Positions 18,806 to 28,030 of a stretch of DNA of 64,000 nt are shown here, one piece after another. Positions within the stretch are counted from its first letter, which is position 1; every line of letters starts with the position of its first letter. Location: positions 5,901-69,900 of the forward strand of contig DASYSE010000066.1 of the NCBI GenBank assembly GCA_036003705.1. Direction: 5' to 3'. This DNA comes from Actinomycetes bacterium (GTDB taxonomy: Bacteria; Actinomycetota; CALGFH01). Under the pieces are notes generated by a model. The model did not search any database and was not told the DNA's origin. It was given only the letters and a program-made list of their open reading frames with translations. The translations under genes and the position numbers were made by a program.

Positions 18806-20599
18806 GTGTGCAACGCCCGGGTTAGCCCCGAGCGGCGCGAATGGCATAAGATCCTTTGCTTAGTCCGAACGGGCTATCCGGCTCGAAAGGATGCCGCCGT
18901 GGGCTGGCACTGGTGGTTCAGCGCACTCGCACTGGCAGGCGGTGTCTGCTTGGCCGGCTACGCATCCTACGTCTGGCGGCGCCGCCGCGCCTCGGCCGGG
19001 GCGAGCCTGGCCGTGATGCTGGCCGCGGCCGGCTGGTGGGGGCTCGCCTACGCCATCGAGCTGGGGGCGACCCGCCTGCCGACCAGGTTGTTCTGGGGCG
19101 ACGCCAAATGGCTCGGTATCGCGCTGCTCCCGCCCGCCTTCTACGCCTTCATCATGCGGTACACCGGCCGCGACCGGTGGCTGAACCGGTACACGATGGC
19201 CGCCCTTGCGGTCCCCCCGCTGGCGGTGATCGTGCTGCTGGTCAACCGTGGCACCCACAACCTGGTGCGCTACTACCCGCGGGCGGCGGCCGACGACCCG
19301 GCCAACGCCATCGCCCAGGTCGGCCCGTGGTTCTGGCCGTTCCTGATCTACGCCAACCTGGTGATCTGGGGCTGCACGGCGCTGTTCGTGTGGACGCTCA
19401 CGCGCCTGTCGCGGCGGTACTGGCGTCAGAGCCTGCTGCTGATCGTGGCCGTGCTGCTGCCGAGCGTCGCCAACGTGGCCCACAACCTCAACCTCGGACC
19501 GTTCGGGCGGGTGGAGCCGACCCCGTTCCTGTTCATCCTGACCGGCGCGGTGCTGGTGTGGGGCCTGTTCCGCTTCCGCCTGCTCGACCTGGCCCCGATC
19601 GCCCGCAGCTCGGTGTTCGAGACGATGCTGGACGCGGTGCTGGTGCTGGACCCCTACCGGCGGGTGGTGAACCTCAACCCGGCGGCCGAGCGGCTCCTCG
19701 GCGTGCCGGCCGCCCAGGCGGTCGGGCGCCAGGTCGAGGAGCTGCTCGGGGTCGACCCGTCCCTGGTCGACCGGGCCGACGACCCCTCCCTGCCCGAGGA
19801 GGTGGTGCTCGGCGACCGCCACCACGAGCTGACCGCCACGCCGCTGCGGGACCGGGGCGGCCACCAGACCGGCCGGGTGCTGGTGCTGCGCGACGTGACC
19901 GAGCGCCACCACGCCCACGAGCGCCTGGTCCAGCTCGACGAGCAGCGCCGCCGGCTGCTCGGCCGGGTGGTGTGGGCCCAGGAGGAGGAGCGTCGCCGCA
20001 TCGCCGGCGAGGTCCACGACGACGCCATCCAAACCATCGCCGCCGCCCGGCTCATGCTCACCGCCTTCCGCGACCAGCTCCACGACCCCGACCAGCGGCA
20101 GCTCCTGGAGCATCTCGAGGAGGCGGTGTCGTCCAGCCTGCGCCGGCTGCGGACGCTGGTGTTCGACCTGCGCCCGGCCGAGCTGGACGAGGACGGGCTG
20201 AGCGCCGCCCTGCGGGAGTACCTGACCGAGACGGCCGGCCAGGGCGGCTTCCAGGCCGAGCTCCGCGACGACCTGGAGCAGGAGCCGCCCGCCGAGGCGC
20301 GGGTGATCGCCTACCGCATCTCCCAGGAGGCGCTCACCAACGTCCGCGTGCATGCCCAGGCCACCCGGGTGGAGGTCCGGTTGGAGGAGGCGCAGGGCGG
20401 GCTGCTGGTGACCATCACCGACGACGGCGTCGGCTTCGAGGCCGACCAGGTCAAGGCCACCCCCCGCCCCGGCCACGTCGGCCTGACCAGCATGTCGGAG
20501 CGGGCGACCATGGCCGACGGCTGGTGCCGCGTGGACAGCCGCTCCGGCCACGGCACCACGGTCAGGTTCTGGCTGCCGACCAAGGAGACGCGCCAGTAG
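18806..20599 (+). CDS. membrane sensor histidine kinase (multi-TM sensor, PAS, HisKA_3, HATPase_c), with no cognate response regulator adjacent
   Basis: Six or more TM helices are followed by a PAS region, a NarX/DesK-type H-box (AGEVHDDAIQTIAAARL) and HATPase_c (ITDDGVGF...SGHGTTVRFWLP). The start may instead be the in-frame GTG at 18899. Confidence 0.8.
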   Translation: MCNARVSPERREWHKILCLVRTGYPARKDAAVGWHWWFSALALAGGVCLAGYASYVWRRRRASAGASLAVMLAAAGWWGLAYAIELGATRLPTRLFWGDAKWLGIALLPPAFYAFIMRYTGRDRWLNRYTMAALAVPPLAVIVLLVNRGTHNLVRYYPRAAADDPANAIAQVGPWFWPFLIYANLVIWGCTALFVWTLTRLSRRYWRQSLLLIVAVLLPSVANVAHNLNLGPFGRVEPTPFLFILTGAVLVWGLFRFRLLDLAPIARSSVFETMLDAVLVLDPYRRVVNLNPAAERLLGVPAAQAVGRQVEELLGVDPSLVDRADDPSLPEEVVLGDRHHELTATPLRDRGGHQTGRVLVLRDVTERHHAHERLVQLDEQRRRLLGRVVWAQEEERRRIAGEVHDDAIQTIAAARLMLTAFRDQLHDPDQRQLLEHLEEAVSSSLRRLRTLVFDLRPAELDEDGLSAALREYLTETAGQGGFQAELRDDLEQEPPAEARVIAYRISQEALTNVRVHAQATRVEVRLEEAQGGLLVTITDDGVGFEADQVKATPRPGHVGLTSMSERATMADGWCRVDSRSGHGTTVRFWLPTKETRQ

Positions 20600-20610
20600 C
20601 GCCTCGGTCG

Positions 20611-20702
20611 GGGCTTGCCGCGGCACCAGGGCGGGGCTTGCCGCGGCACCAGGGCGGGGCTCGCCGCGGCACCAGGGCGGGGCTCACCGCGGCACCAGGG
20701 CC
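20611..20702. repeat. 23-bp ×4 tandem repeat in the convergent intergenic region, overlapping the 3' end of the cyclase gene
   Basis: ggggct(t/c)(g/a)ccgcggcaccagggc occurs four times in a row. Confidence 0.8.
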
Positions 20703-21460
20703 AGGACGCGGGCGGGGCTGCCGGAGCCGCGGACGATCCTGAGGGGGGCGGCGATCAGTAGGGCGCCGCTGGGGGGTAGGCGGTCGAGGTTGGCCAGCTG
20801 GGTGAGCCCGTACTTGCCGGCCCCGAGCAGGAAGGTGTGGCAGGGGAAGGGCGGGTCGAAGCCGTGCGCGGCGCCGGCGTCGGTCCCGACGGTCTCAACG
20901 CCGATGCCGAGGATGGGCCGCTCGTCGGCCAGCCAGCGGGCGCATTCGACGTCGATGCCGGGCGTGTGGGGGCCGGTGTCGGTGGCGTTGAGGAAGGCGG
21001 TCTGGTCGTCGGCCCGCGCGTCCCAGCCGGTGCGGTACAGCAGCCAGCCGCCATCGGGCAGGGGGCCGTGCTCGGCCTCGAACGCCTCCACGTCCTGGAT
21101 CCGCAGCAGGTGGTCGGGGTCGCCGGCGGCCTGCCCGGAGTGGTCGATCACCACCGCCGGGCCGACCAGCCGGGCGGGCGGGACCTGGCTGACGTCGTCC
21201 AGCTGCCGGCCGGTGACCCAGTGGATGGGCGCGTCGAAGTGGGTGCCGGTGTGCTCGCCGCCCTCGAACCCGTTCCAGTACCAGGCGGGACCGCGCTCGT
21301 CGTAGTGGGACAGCTCCCGCAGCCGGAACCGCGGCGTGTTGGCGAACGGCTCGGGCAGGCGCAGGATCGGCGTGTCCTCCGACAGCGGCTGGGTCAGGTC
21401 GACCACCTCGACCTCGCCGGCGGCGAGGGCGGCCACCAGGGCCTGGACGGCATCGGTCAC
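20684..21460 (-). CDS. cyclase-family protein (kynurenine formamidase-like metal-dependent hydrolase)
   Basis: 258 aa with the motif HTGTHFDAPIHW, characteristic of the putative cyclase / KynB family. Confidence 0.8.
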   Translation of the reverse strand: MTDAVQALVAALAAGEVEVVDLTQPLSEDTPILRLPEPFANTPRFRLRELSHYDERGPAWYWNGFEGGEHTGTHFDAPIHWVTGRQLDDVSQVPPARLVGPAVVIDHSGQAAGDPDHLLRIQDVEAFEAEHGPLPDGGWLLYRTGWDARADDQTAFLNATDTGPHTPGIDVECARWLADERPILGIGVETVGTDAGAAHGFDPPFPCHTFLLGAGKYGLTQLANLDRLPPSGALLIAAPLRIVRGSGSPARVLALVPR

Positions 21461-22047
21461 GGCGAGTTCCCTTCTGATCGGAGGGCGCGCTGGAACTCGA
21501 AGCGGTTCTCGAGCATGTGCAGGTCCATGTGGAAGCTTTTGGGGCCGACGGGCTCGACCTTGGCGACCAGGCAGGCCAGCTCGGGGGCGTTGATCGCCGC
21601 CACCGCGGCCGCCTCGAACTCGTCCAGCCCGACGACCGTCCGGGCGTTGGCGATGCCGGCGGCGCGGGCGATCCCGGCCAGGTCGGAGCCGGTGGCGGTG
21701 GCCGTCGGGAAGCCGCCGACGCTGAGCAGGCTCTGGTTGTCGAACACGATGTGGGTCAGGTTGCCTGGGGCGTAGCGGGCCAGGGTGGTGAGCCCCCCCA
21801 GGTTCATCAGCACCGAGCCGTCGCCGTCGAGCACGACCACCCGGCGCCGCGGCTGGGACAGCGCGATGCCCAGCCCCATCGAGGAGGCCAGGCCCATGGC
21901 ATGCTCCAGGTAGAAGAAGTTGGGCCGGTGCCCCAGCGAGTACAGCTCAACCGCGACCGCCCCCATGATGGTGACCACCGCGCACCCGGCCAGCTCGTCG
22001 TAGATCGCCGCCAGGCAGTCGATCCGCTTCACGCCAGGGCCTCCCAC
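21457..22047 (-). CDS. ThDP-dependent decarboxylase beta subunit (sulfopyruvate/phosphonopyruvate decarboxylase ComE-like, TPP-binding domain)
   Basis: The TPP-binding motif (VVLDGDGSVLMNLGGLTT...VFDNQS) is present. It overlaps the upstream alpha subunit by 19 bp. Confidence 0.75.
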   Translation of the reverse strand: MGGPGVKRIDCLAAIYDELAGCAVVTIMGAVAVELYSLGHRPNFFYLEHAMGLASSMGLGIALSQPRRRVVVLDGDGSVLMNLGGLTTLARYAPGNLTHIVFDNQSLLSVGGFPTATATGSDLAGIARAAGIANARTVVGLDEFEAAAVAAINAPELACLVAKVEPVGPKSFHMDLHMLENRFEFQRALRSEGNSP

Positions 22048-22547
22048 ATCAGGTCGCGGGTGAGCAGCAGGGCCACCGGGGCCAGCGACGCCTGGGCCAG
22101 GGTCATGGCCCGGCTCACCTGGAGCTGGACGGTCTCGGGGTCGCGGAGCTCGTCGGTGACGATCCCCAGCGCGTCCAGGACCGGCCGGGTGGCGCGGCCG
22201 CCCTGGGTCTGCCAGGGGTCGGGCTCGCCCAGGTGGCCGCGGTCGCTGACCAGCATCAGCAGCGGGATCCTGTACAGCTGGGCCAGCGACACGATGCCGT
22301 TGACCGACTGGAGCAGGCCGTGGTTCTGCATCAGCATGGCCGACCTGCGGCCGGCCAGGTGGGCGCCGGCGGAGACACCGACCCCCTCTTCCTCCTTGGC
22401 CAGCCGGACCAGGATCATGCCCGGGTCGTCCTCGGCCAGCCGGATGAGGTGGACCAGCCAGGTTTCGGGCAGGGCGCTGACCACCTCCACCCCGGTGGCG
22501 ACCAGGGCGTCGTAGACCAGCTTGGAGTGGCGCTCGGAGACCGGCAC
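22029..22547 (-). CDS. ThDP-dependent decarboxylase alpha subunit (ComD-like, pyrimidine-binding domain); GTG start inferred
   Basis: The ComD-like region (LVATGVEVVSALPETW...GVGVSAGAHLAGRRSAMLMQNHGLL) is present. A GTG at 22547..22545 lies 2 nt after the stop of the small ORF. The alternative ATG at 22610 would overlap that ORF by 60 bp. Confidence 0.65.
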   Translation of the reverse strand: MPVSERHSKLVYDALVATGVEVVSALPETWLVHLIRLAEDDPGMILVRLAKEEEGVGVSAGAHLAGRRSAMLMQNHGLLQSVNGIVSLAQLYRIPLLMLVSDRGHLGEPDPWQTQGGRATRPVLDALGIVTDELRDPETVQLQVSRAMTLAQASLAPVALLLTRDLMWEALA

Positions 22548-22549
22548 GG

Positions 22550-22758
22550 CTAGGCGCCCAGGTCGATCAGCTGCTCGTGCTCCAGGCCCAGGTCGTTGAC
22601 CACGTTCCATAGCCCGACGGTGGCCGCGCGGACCCCGGCGCGCACGCAGGGGGCCAGGTCGTCTCCTTCCAGCAGCGCCTTGCAGCGGCGGTACAGGTCC
22701 AGCAGCTCGTCCTCGAGCGGGGTGGTCGGCCGGCCGAGCAGGTCGGTGGTGGTGGGCA
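22550..22758 (-). CDS. small hypothetical protein (69 aa) wedged between the ligase and the decarboxylase
   Basis: The ATG at 22758 is preceded by GGAGG and the stop TAG is at 22552..22550. The protein is acidic and predicted helical (MPTTTDLLGRPTTPLEDELLDLYRRCKALLEGDD...). It is in frame with, but distinct from, a spurious 545-aa ORF. Confidence 0.45.
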
Positions 22759-22761
22759 TGG

Positions 22762-24116
22762 TCAGCCTCCGATGGGCGTGTCGCGCTGGTCGACGGTCCG
22801 CCGGGCCTTCAGCTCGAAGCGGGGCAGCTCGCCGGGGCCGGCCCGCTCGACCTCGAAGCGCAGCCCCTCGTGGGCCTCGGCCAGCGCCTTGGCCAGCCGT
22901 TCGGCCATGTCCGCCCAGGCCTCGTCGCTGGTGTCGGCGGCCGGCTCCACCCGAAGGGCGATCCGGTCGAAGTGGCCCTCGCGGGTCAGGCGCAGCTGGA
23001 ACTCCTCGATGCCCGGGTGCTCGCGCACGATCCCCTCGACCGCCCGCGGGTAGACGTTGGTCCCCCTGACCAGCTTCATGTCGTCGACCCGGCCGAGGAT
23101 GCCGCCCTCGTACAGGTCGAAGCCGCGCCCGCAGGTGCAGCGGGAGGCCGGCACCTTGGCGACCAGGTCGGCGGTGCGGTAGCGCAGCAGCGGGATGATG
23201 CCCCGGCCGAACGAGGTCACCACCCGCTCCCCCGCCTCGCCGTAGCCGACCGGCTGGTCGCCGGCCGGGTCGAGGACCTCCTCGAGGTAGTGGTCCTCGA
23301 TGATATGGGTGCCGCCGGGCTGGTGGGTGCACTCGAAGACCATGATGGTGCCGATCTCGGTCATGCCGGCGGTGTCGCCCGCCTTGGCCCCCCAGAGCCG
23401 CTCGATCAGGGCTTTGGTCTGCGGGATCGACCCGGCCGGCTCGCCGGACAGGATCAGGCGCCGCACCGGGCTGGCCGCCAGGTCGACGCCGAGCCGCTCC
23501 GCCTCCTGGGCCAGGCGCAGGGCGTAGGTCGGGGTGGAGGCGACCACGGTCGCCCCGAAGTCGAGGAGCTGCTTGACCCGGCCTTCGGTGGTCTGGGCGC
23601 CGCCGGGCACGTTGAGCACGCCCATCTTCTCCATGCCGTAGTGCAGGCCCCAGAAGCCGATGAACGACCCGTAGCCGAAGGCGACGTAGGCGGTGTCGGC
23701 CGGTCGGACCCCGAAGCCCCACAGCCCGTAGCACCACATCTCGGCCTGCCAGGCCCAGTCCTTGGTGGTGTCCAGCACCCGGATCGGCTCCCGGCCGGTG
23801 GTGCCCGAGGTGGTGTGCCAGCGGATGGCCGCCTCCCGGCCGGCCACCGGCAGCAGGCCGAACGGTGGCGCCTCGCCCTGCGAGGCCATCCACTGGTCGC
23901 GGGTCAGCAGCGGCAGCCGGCGCAGGTCGTCGAGGGTCTTGAGCTGCTCGGGGGCGAACCCGGCCTCGCGGAACGACCGCTGGTAGAAGGGGCTGCGGGC
24001 AGCCGCCCAATCGCACAGCCGGCGCAGCTTGGCCAGCTGCAGGACGGCCAGCTCGTCGCGCCCCAGGGTCTCCGTCTTGGGGTTCCAGTACTGATCTCCG
24101 GCACCCATGCTCCGGC
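22762..24116 (-). CDS. phenylacetate-CoA ligase (PaaK) / coenzyme F390 synthetase-family adenylate-forming enzyme
   Basis: 451 aa from the ATG at 24116 with PaaK-like motifs (TSGTTG, YGMTE-like MTEIGTIMVFEC, GRVDDMKLVRGTNVYP). The listed 588-aa ORF includes upstream read-through. Confidence 0.8.
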
Positions 24117-24283
24117 CTCCTCCGCTGCGTCGCGAGATCGAGCCTGGATGTTGCGGAGCATACCGGGAACCCGATCGACCGGGGCACCCCCTGGGCTCCC
24201 TCCGGCCCCCGGTCGGGTGCTCACCCGGCCTTGACCCGGGCCCCTGGTACCCTTGTGGGGGACGGCCAAGGGGGTGTGCCCGG

Positions 24284-24583
24284 GTGGAACCGTTGCTGCA
24301 GGTGCTGGCCCGGGCGGTCCGGCGTGGCGGGGTGTTCCTGGTCGGGATGACCCTGCTGATCGTCGGGGCCGCCATGCTGGTGCTGCCCGGCCCCGGGATC
24401 GCCGTCATCCTGCTCGGCCTGGTGGTGCTGTCGGCCGAGTTCCAATGGGCCAAGCACGTCCTGGCCTGGGTCCGCGAACGGGCCTTCGACCTCAAGACCC
24501 AGGCGCAGTCGCGCCTGCCAGGTGCCAACCGCCAGCCCCCCAGCGGCCCGCCCGGCCGCGACCGCCCCGATCGGGCCGCCTAG
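24284..24583 (+). CDS. small PGPGW-motif transmembrane protein
   Basis: It contains LVLPGPGIAVILLGLVVLSAEFQWAKHVL. A GTG at 24284 is in frame with ORF 24107..24583. Confidence 0.45.
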   Translation: MEPLLQVLARAVRRGGVFLVGMTLLIVGAAMLVLPGPGIAVILLGLVVLSAEFQWAKHVLAWVRERAFDLKTQAQSRLPGANRQPPSGPPGRDRPDRAA

Positions 24584-25128
24584 CCGCGAGCGCGGGTCGA
24601 GGTTCGGCGGGCGACCAGGGTGACCAGCGTCAGGGTGCAGATGGTGGCGACCACCCCGATGGCCAGGCGGGTCAGGCTGCCGCCGGCGGGGAGGTCGGCG
24701 GCGAGCAGGATCACCGCGCCGAGGCCGAGGGCGGCCATGGTGGTGGCGGCGAGGACGACCGCTCTGGCCTCCAGGACAGGGCGGTCGTCGCGGACCTGGG
24801 GGCGGGCTTCCCTGGCCCAGCTGGCCAGCTCGGCGTAGAGGAGCAGGCCGGCGCCGACCAGCGGAGCGGCGGCGTCGATCCGGTCGCCGCGGCGCACCAG
24901 CACCACCGCGTACTCGGCCAGGAGCACGGAGAGGGCCGGGGCGAGCAGGGACGGCAGCCGCAGGGCGGCTCCGGCGGCCAGCAGCAGGCCAAGCCCGGCC
25001 AGCCAGGCCAGCGCCTCCCGTAGCGGGCCGGACACCGCGGCCAGCGGGGCGAGCGCGAGCCCGGCGGCGACCGCGGTGGCGGCAAGGCCGCAGGCTAGCG
25101 GGGCGCGAGCCCGCCGCGGCGCCGGCAT
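24580..25128 (-). CDS. integral membrane protein (last gene of the MoxR/DUF58 operon)
   Basis: Hydrophobic 182-aa protein starting at the ATG at 25128. The upstream 5' part of the listed 315-aa ORF is low-complexity read-through. Confidence 0.5.
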   Translation of the reverse strand: MPAPRRARAPLACGLAATAVAAGLALAPLAAVSGPLREALAWLAGLGLLLAAGAALRLPSLLAPALSVLLAEYAVVLVRRGDRIDAAAPLVGAGLLLYAELASWAREARPQVRDDRPVLEARAVVLAATTMAALGLGAVILLAADLPAGGSLTRLAIGVVATICTLTLVTLVARRTSTRARG

Positions 25129-26429
25129 GCCTCCACCTCCAGCAGCACCTGCTGCAGGTGCCGCTCGTCGGTCCACTCGATCACCGTCGCGCCCAGCCGC
25201 TGGTAGCGGTGGCGCAGCGTCTCGCGCTCCAGGGCCCACAGGCGGTGGGCGAGCTCCCCCCAGTCGCCGGTCGCCCCGCCGGCGTGGGTCAGCGGGGAGA
25301 TGTCGACGACGGCCAGGTCGTAGCCGCGGGCCAGCAGGTCGAACAGGGCGGCGACGCCGCGCTCGTCGACCAGCGGGGTCAGCGCCACGATCAGGGCCTT
25401 GGCGGGCAGGGTCCGGGGCGGGAGGTGCCGGATCCCCTTCCAGGCCGCGGTCGCGAACACCTGGGTCTCCATCAGCGTGTCCAGCAGCCGGTAGAGGGCG
25501 GTCTGGCCGCCGCCCGGCTGCAGCCACTGCACGAAGCCGCCGAAGCTGACCAGCCCGACCCGGTCGCGCTGGCCGAGGTAGGCCGATGCCAGCGAGGCTG
25601 CCGCCCCGACAGCCAGGTCCAGGGTGCTGCCGGTGCTCCCGCGGACGTCGAGGAAGCTGTCGAGGAACAGGACGATGTCGGTGGTCCGCTCAGGATGGCG
25701 CTGGTTGACCATCAGCGCCCCCCGGCGGGCGGTGGCCCGCCAGTTGATCGAGCGGGGCCGGTCGCCGGGCAGGAACGGCCGCAGGTCGGCGAACTCGATG
25801 CCGTCGCCGCGCTGCCCGGACACGTGGCTGCCGGTGGAGACCTGGGTCTCGAACGGATGGACCAGCGCCCGCAACGCCTCGGGGACGGGGAAGACCTTGA
25901 CGGCGGCGTGCCGGTCCAGGTGACCTTCCCAGGTGAACAGCCGGAAGCGGTCGTGGGCCCGCAGGTGCGCGTCGCCCAGCCAGTAGGCACCCCAGCGGCG
26001 GCAGGTGAGCCGGACCGTGACGGTCCGCTCCTCCCCCGCCGCCAGGCGCACGGCCAGCGCCCAGGTGCGGCCGGTGCCGCCCGGGCCCTCCATCCCTGGG
26101 GGAACGACCAGCAGCACCTCGAGGCGGTCGACCGGGGTGACGGCGCGCAGGGCGACCTGGACGGTCAGCTCGTCGCCGACCAGCGCCCGCTCCCGGTCGA
26201 CGGTGACCTCGGCCCGCAGCTCGGGGTCGTGGGCGCCGGCCAGGCCGGCCACCACCAGCACGGCCAGGGGCGCGGCGGCCGCGACCAGCTCCGGGCGTCC
26301 GAGGGCCAGCCCGGCCAGCAGCGCCAGCGCGGCCACCCCGATGTAGGCGGCGATCTTGGCGCTGGGCCGGCGGGTCACCGGTCGACCCGATTCACCAGGG
26401 CACCCGCATGGGAGCGCCGCCCGATCCAC
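25095..26429 (-). CDS. DUF58-domain protein (vWA-like, MoxR partner)
   Basis: Two N-terminal TM helices are followed by a DUF58 core (DGIEFADLRPFLPGDRPRSINWRATAR...IVLFLD). It lies immediately downstream of MoxR. The start is uncertain. Confidence 0.75.
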   Translation of the reverse strand: MDRAALPCGCPGESGRPVTRRPSAKIAAYIGVAALALLAGLALGRPELVAAAAPLAVLVVAGLAGAHDPELRAEVTVDRERALVGDELTVQVALRAVTPVDRLEVLLVVPPGMEGPGGTGRTWALAVRLAAGEERTVTVRLTCRRWGAYWLGDAHLRAHDRFRLFTWEGHLDRHAAVKVFPVPEALRALVHPFETQVSTGSHVSGQRGDGIEFADLRPFLPGDRPRSINWRATARRGALMVNQRHPERTTDIVLFLDSFLDVRGSTGSTLDLAVGAAASLASAYLGQRDRVGLVSFGGFVQWLQPGGGQTALYRLLDTLMETQVFATAAWKGIRHLPPRTLPAKALIVALTPLVDERGVAALFDLLARGYDLAVVDISPLTHAGGATGDWGELAHRLWALERETLRHRYQRLGATVIEWTDERHLQQVLLEVEACRRRGGLAPR

Positions 26430-26477
26430 CGGGGCGGCCCTTCGGGGTTCCCCGGCGCCCTTCGGCGGACCCCTCCG

Positions 26478-27470
26478 TCATCCGCCCGGGCGGGACCGGG
26501 CGGCGGCCGGCTCGGCCTCCGGCGGCGGGGTCGGGACCTGCTCGAGCAGCTCGGCCACCACGTCCTCGGTGCGGACCCGGCGCACCCACAGCTCCGGCCG
26601 CAGGATCAGCCGGTGGGCGAGCGCGGGGACGGCCACCGCCTTGACGTCCTCGGGGGTGACGAAGTCGCGGCCGGAGAGGGCGGCCTTGGCCCTTGCCACC
26701 TTGAGCAGCGCGAGCGTCCCCCGGGGGCTGGCCCCGACCTGGACCCGGGGGCTGGCCCTGGTCGCCCCGACCAGCTCGACCATGTAGCGGCCGACGCTGG
26801 AGGCGACGTGGACGTCCTCGACCGCCCGCTGCATGCCGAGCACGTCGGCGGCCGTGGCCACCCTGGCCAGCTCCACCTCGTCGCCGGTCCGTTCCAGGCG
26901 GCGCTCCAGCATCCGCCATTCGGCGTCGGCCGAGGGGTAGCCGACCGACAGCCGCAGCAGGAACCGGTCCAGCTGGGCCTCGGGCAGCGGGTAGGTGCCT
27001 TCGTACTCGATCGGGTTCTGGGTGGCCACCACCAGGAACGGCCGCTCCAGGAGCCTGGTGACGCCGTCGATGGTCACCTGCCGCTCCTGCATCGCCTCCA
27101 GCAGCGCCGCCTGGGTCTTGGGCGGGGAGCGGTTGATCTCGTCGCCGAGCAGCAGGTTGGTGAACACCGGGCCGGGCCGGAACTCGAAGTCGCCGAGGCG
27201 CTGGCTGTAGATCGAGGAGCCGGTCACGTCCGAGGGCATCAGGTCGGGGGTGAACTGCACGCGGGAGAAGCGCAGCGAGGTCACCTGGGCGAAGGACCGG
27301 GCGATCAGGGTCTTGGCCAGGCCGGGGAAGTCGTCGAGAAGCACGTGGCCGTCGGCCAGCAGCCCGAGCAGCACCAGCTCGAGTGCGTCGCGCTTGCCGA
27401 CCACGGCCCGCTCGACCTCGTCGAGCACCCGTTCGGCCAGCCCGCGCAGGTCGGCGAGGTGCTGGCTCAC
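26478..27470 (-). CDS. MoxR-family AAA+ ATPase
   Basis: It contains GHVLLDDFPGLAKT, EINRSPPKTQAALLEAMQE and PFLVVATQNP. This is a classical MoxR match. Confidence 0.9.
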   Translation of the reverse strand: MSQHLADLRGLAERVLDEVERAVVGKRDALELVLLGLLADGHVLLDDFPGLAKTLIARSFAQVTSLRFSRVQFTPDLMPSDVTGSSIYSQRLGDFEFRPGPVFTNLLLGDEINRSPPKTQAALLEAMQERQVTIDGVTRLLERPFLVVATQNPIEYEGTYPLPEAQLDRFLLRLSVGYPSADAEWRMLERRLERTGDEVELARVATAADVLGMQRAVEDVHVASSVGRYMVELVGATRASPRVQVGASPRGTLALLKVARAKAALSGRDFVTPEDVKAVAVPALAHRLILRPELWVRRVRTEDVVAELLEQVPTPPPEAEPAAARSRPGG

Positions 27471-28030
27471 CGGGACCCCTCCCGATCCACCGGGGCGGCC
27501 GACCCCTCGGTGTCGATCCGTTCCAGGTTGGCGACCAGCTCGGCCAGGTCGTCGCGGGACAGGCCGGGGGCCTCCCGGTCCGGCAGGCTGCCGCTGTCGG
27601 GGCCGAGCAGCGCCCAGCCGGTCTCGCCGAGGGCGGCCCTGGCCGGCGCCGGGTCGCCGTCCAGGTCGACCGCGCGCGACCAGCGCAGCCGGTCGGCGGC
27701 CACCGGCCGCAGCTCCGGCCGCAGCCGGGTCTTGGCATGCAGGGCGCTGGCGCTGGAGAGCGCGAGCAGCCGCACCAGCCGGTCCAGCTCGGCCGGCGGC
27801 TTCGGCGCGGCCGGCCTGGCGGCCAGGGCGGCGTCGAACGGAGACGCCGGGGCTGGCGGGTAGGCCAGCCGCAGCCAGACGACCAGCAGGCGCACGCTGA
27901 GACCGCCCAGCACCAGCAGGTAGGTCGCGACCGCCAGCGGCCGCCGGGTCGGGATGAGCTGGATGACCGCGACCAGCGCCAAGCTGGCCCCGACCGCCAG
28001 CAGGGCCGCCCTGATCACCGCCCCGGTCAT
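27467..28030 (-). CDS. membrane-anchored hypothetical protein of the MoxR operon (possibly DUF4350-like)
   Basis: The ATG at 28030 (MTGAVIRAALLAVGASLALV) begins an N-terminal TM segment. It overlaps the MoxR start and the DUF4129 stop. Confidence 0.5.
   Translation of the reverse strand: MTGAVIRAALLAVGASLALVAVIQLIPTRRPLAVATYLLVLGGLSVRLLVVWLRLAYPPAPASPFDAALAARPAAPKPPAELDRLVRLLALSSASALHAKTRLRPELRPVAADRLRWSRAVDLDGDPAPARAALGETGWALLGPDSGSLPDREAPGLSRDDLAELVANLERIDTEGSAAPVDREGSR

Noticed and set aside
18735-18898. Possible riboswitch or leader upstream of the histidine kinase
   Set aside because: I could not match the 165-nt leader to any riboswitch consensus by eye. Noted only as an unusually long 5' region.
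22550-24187. 545-aa minus-strand ORF spanning the ligase gene in another frame
   Set aside because: Only its last 69 codons (22758..22550), which have their own RBS and ATG, look like a gene. The rest is an Arg/Pro/Gly-rich shadow frame of the PaaK-like ligase.
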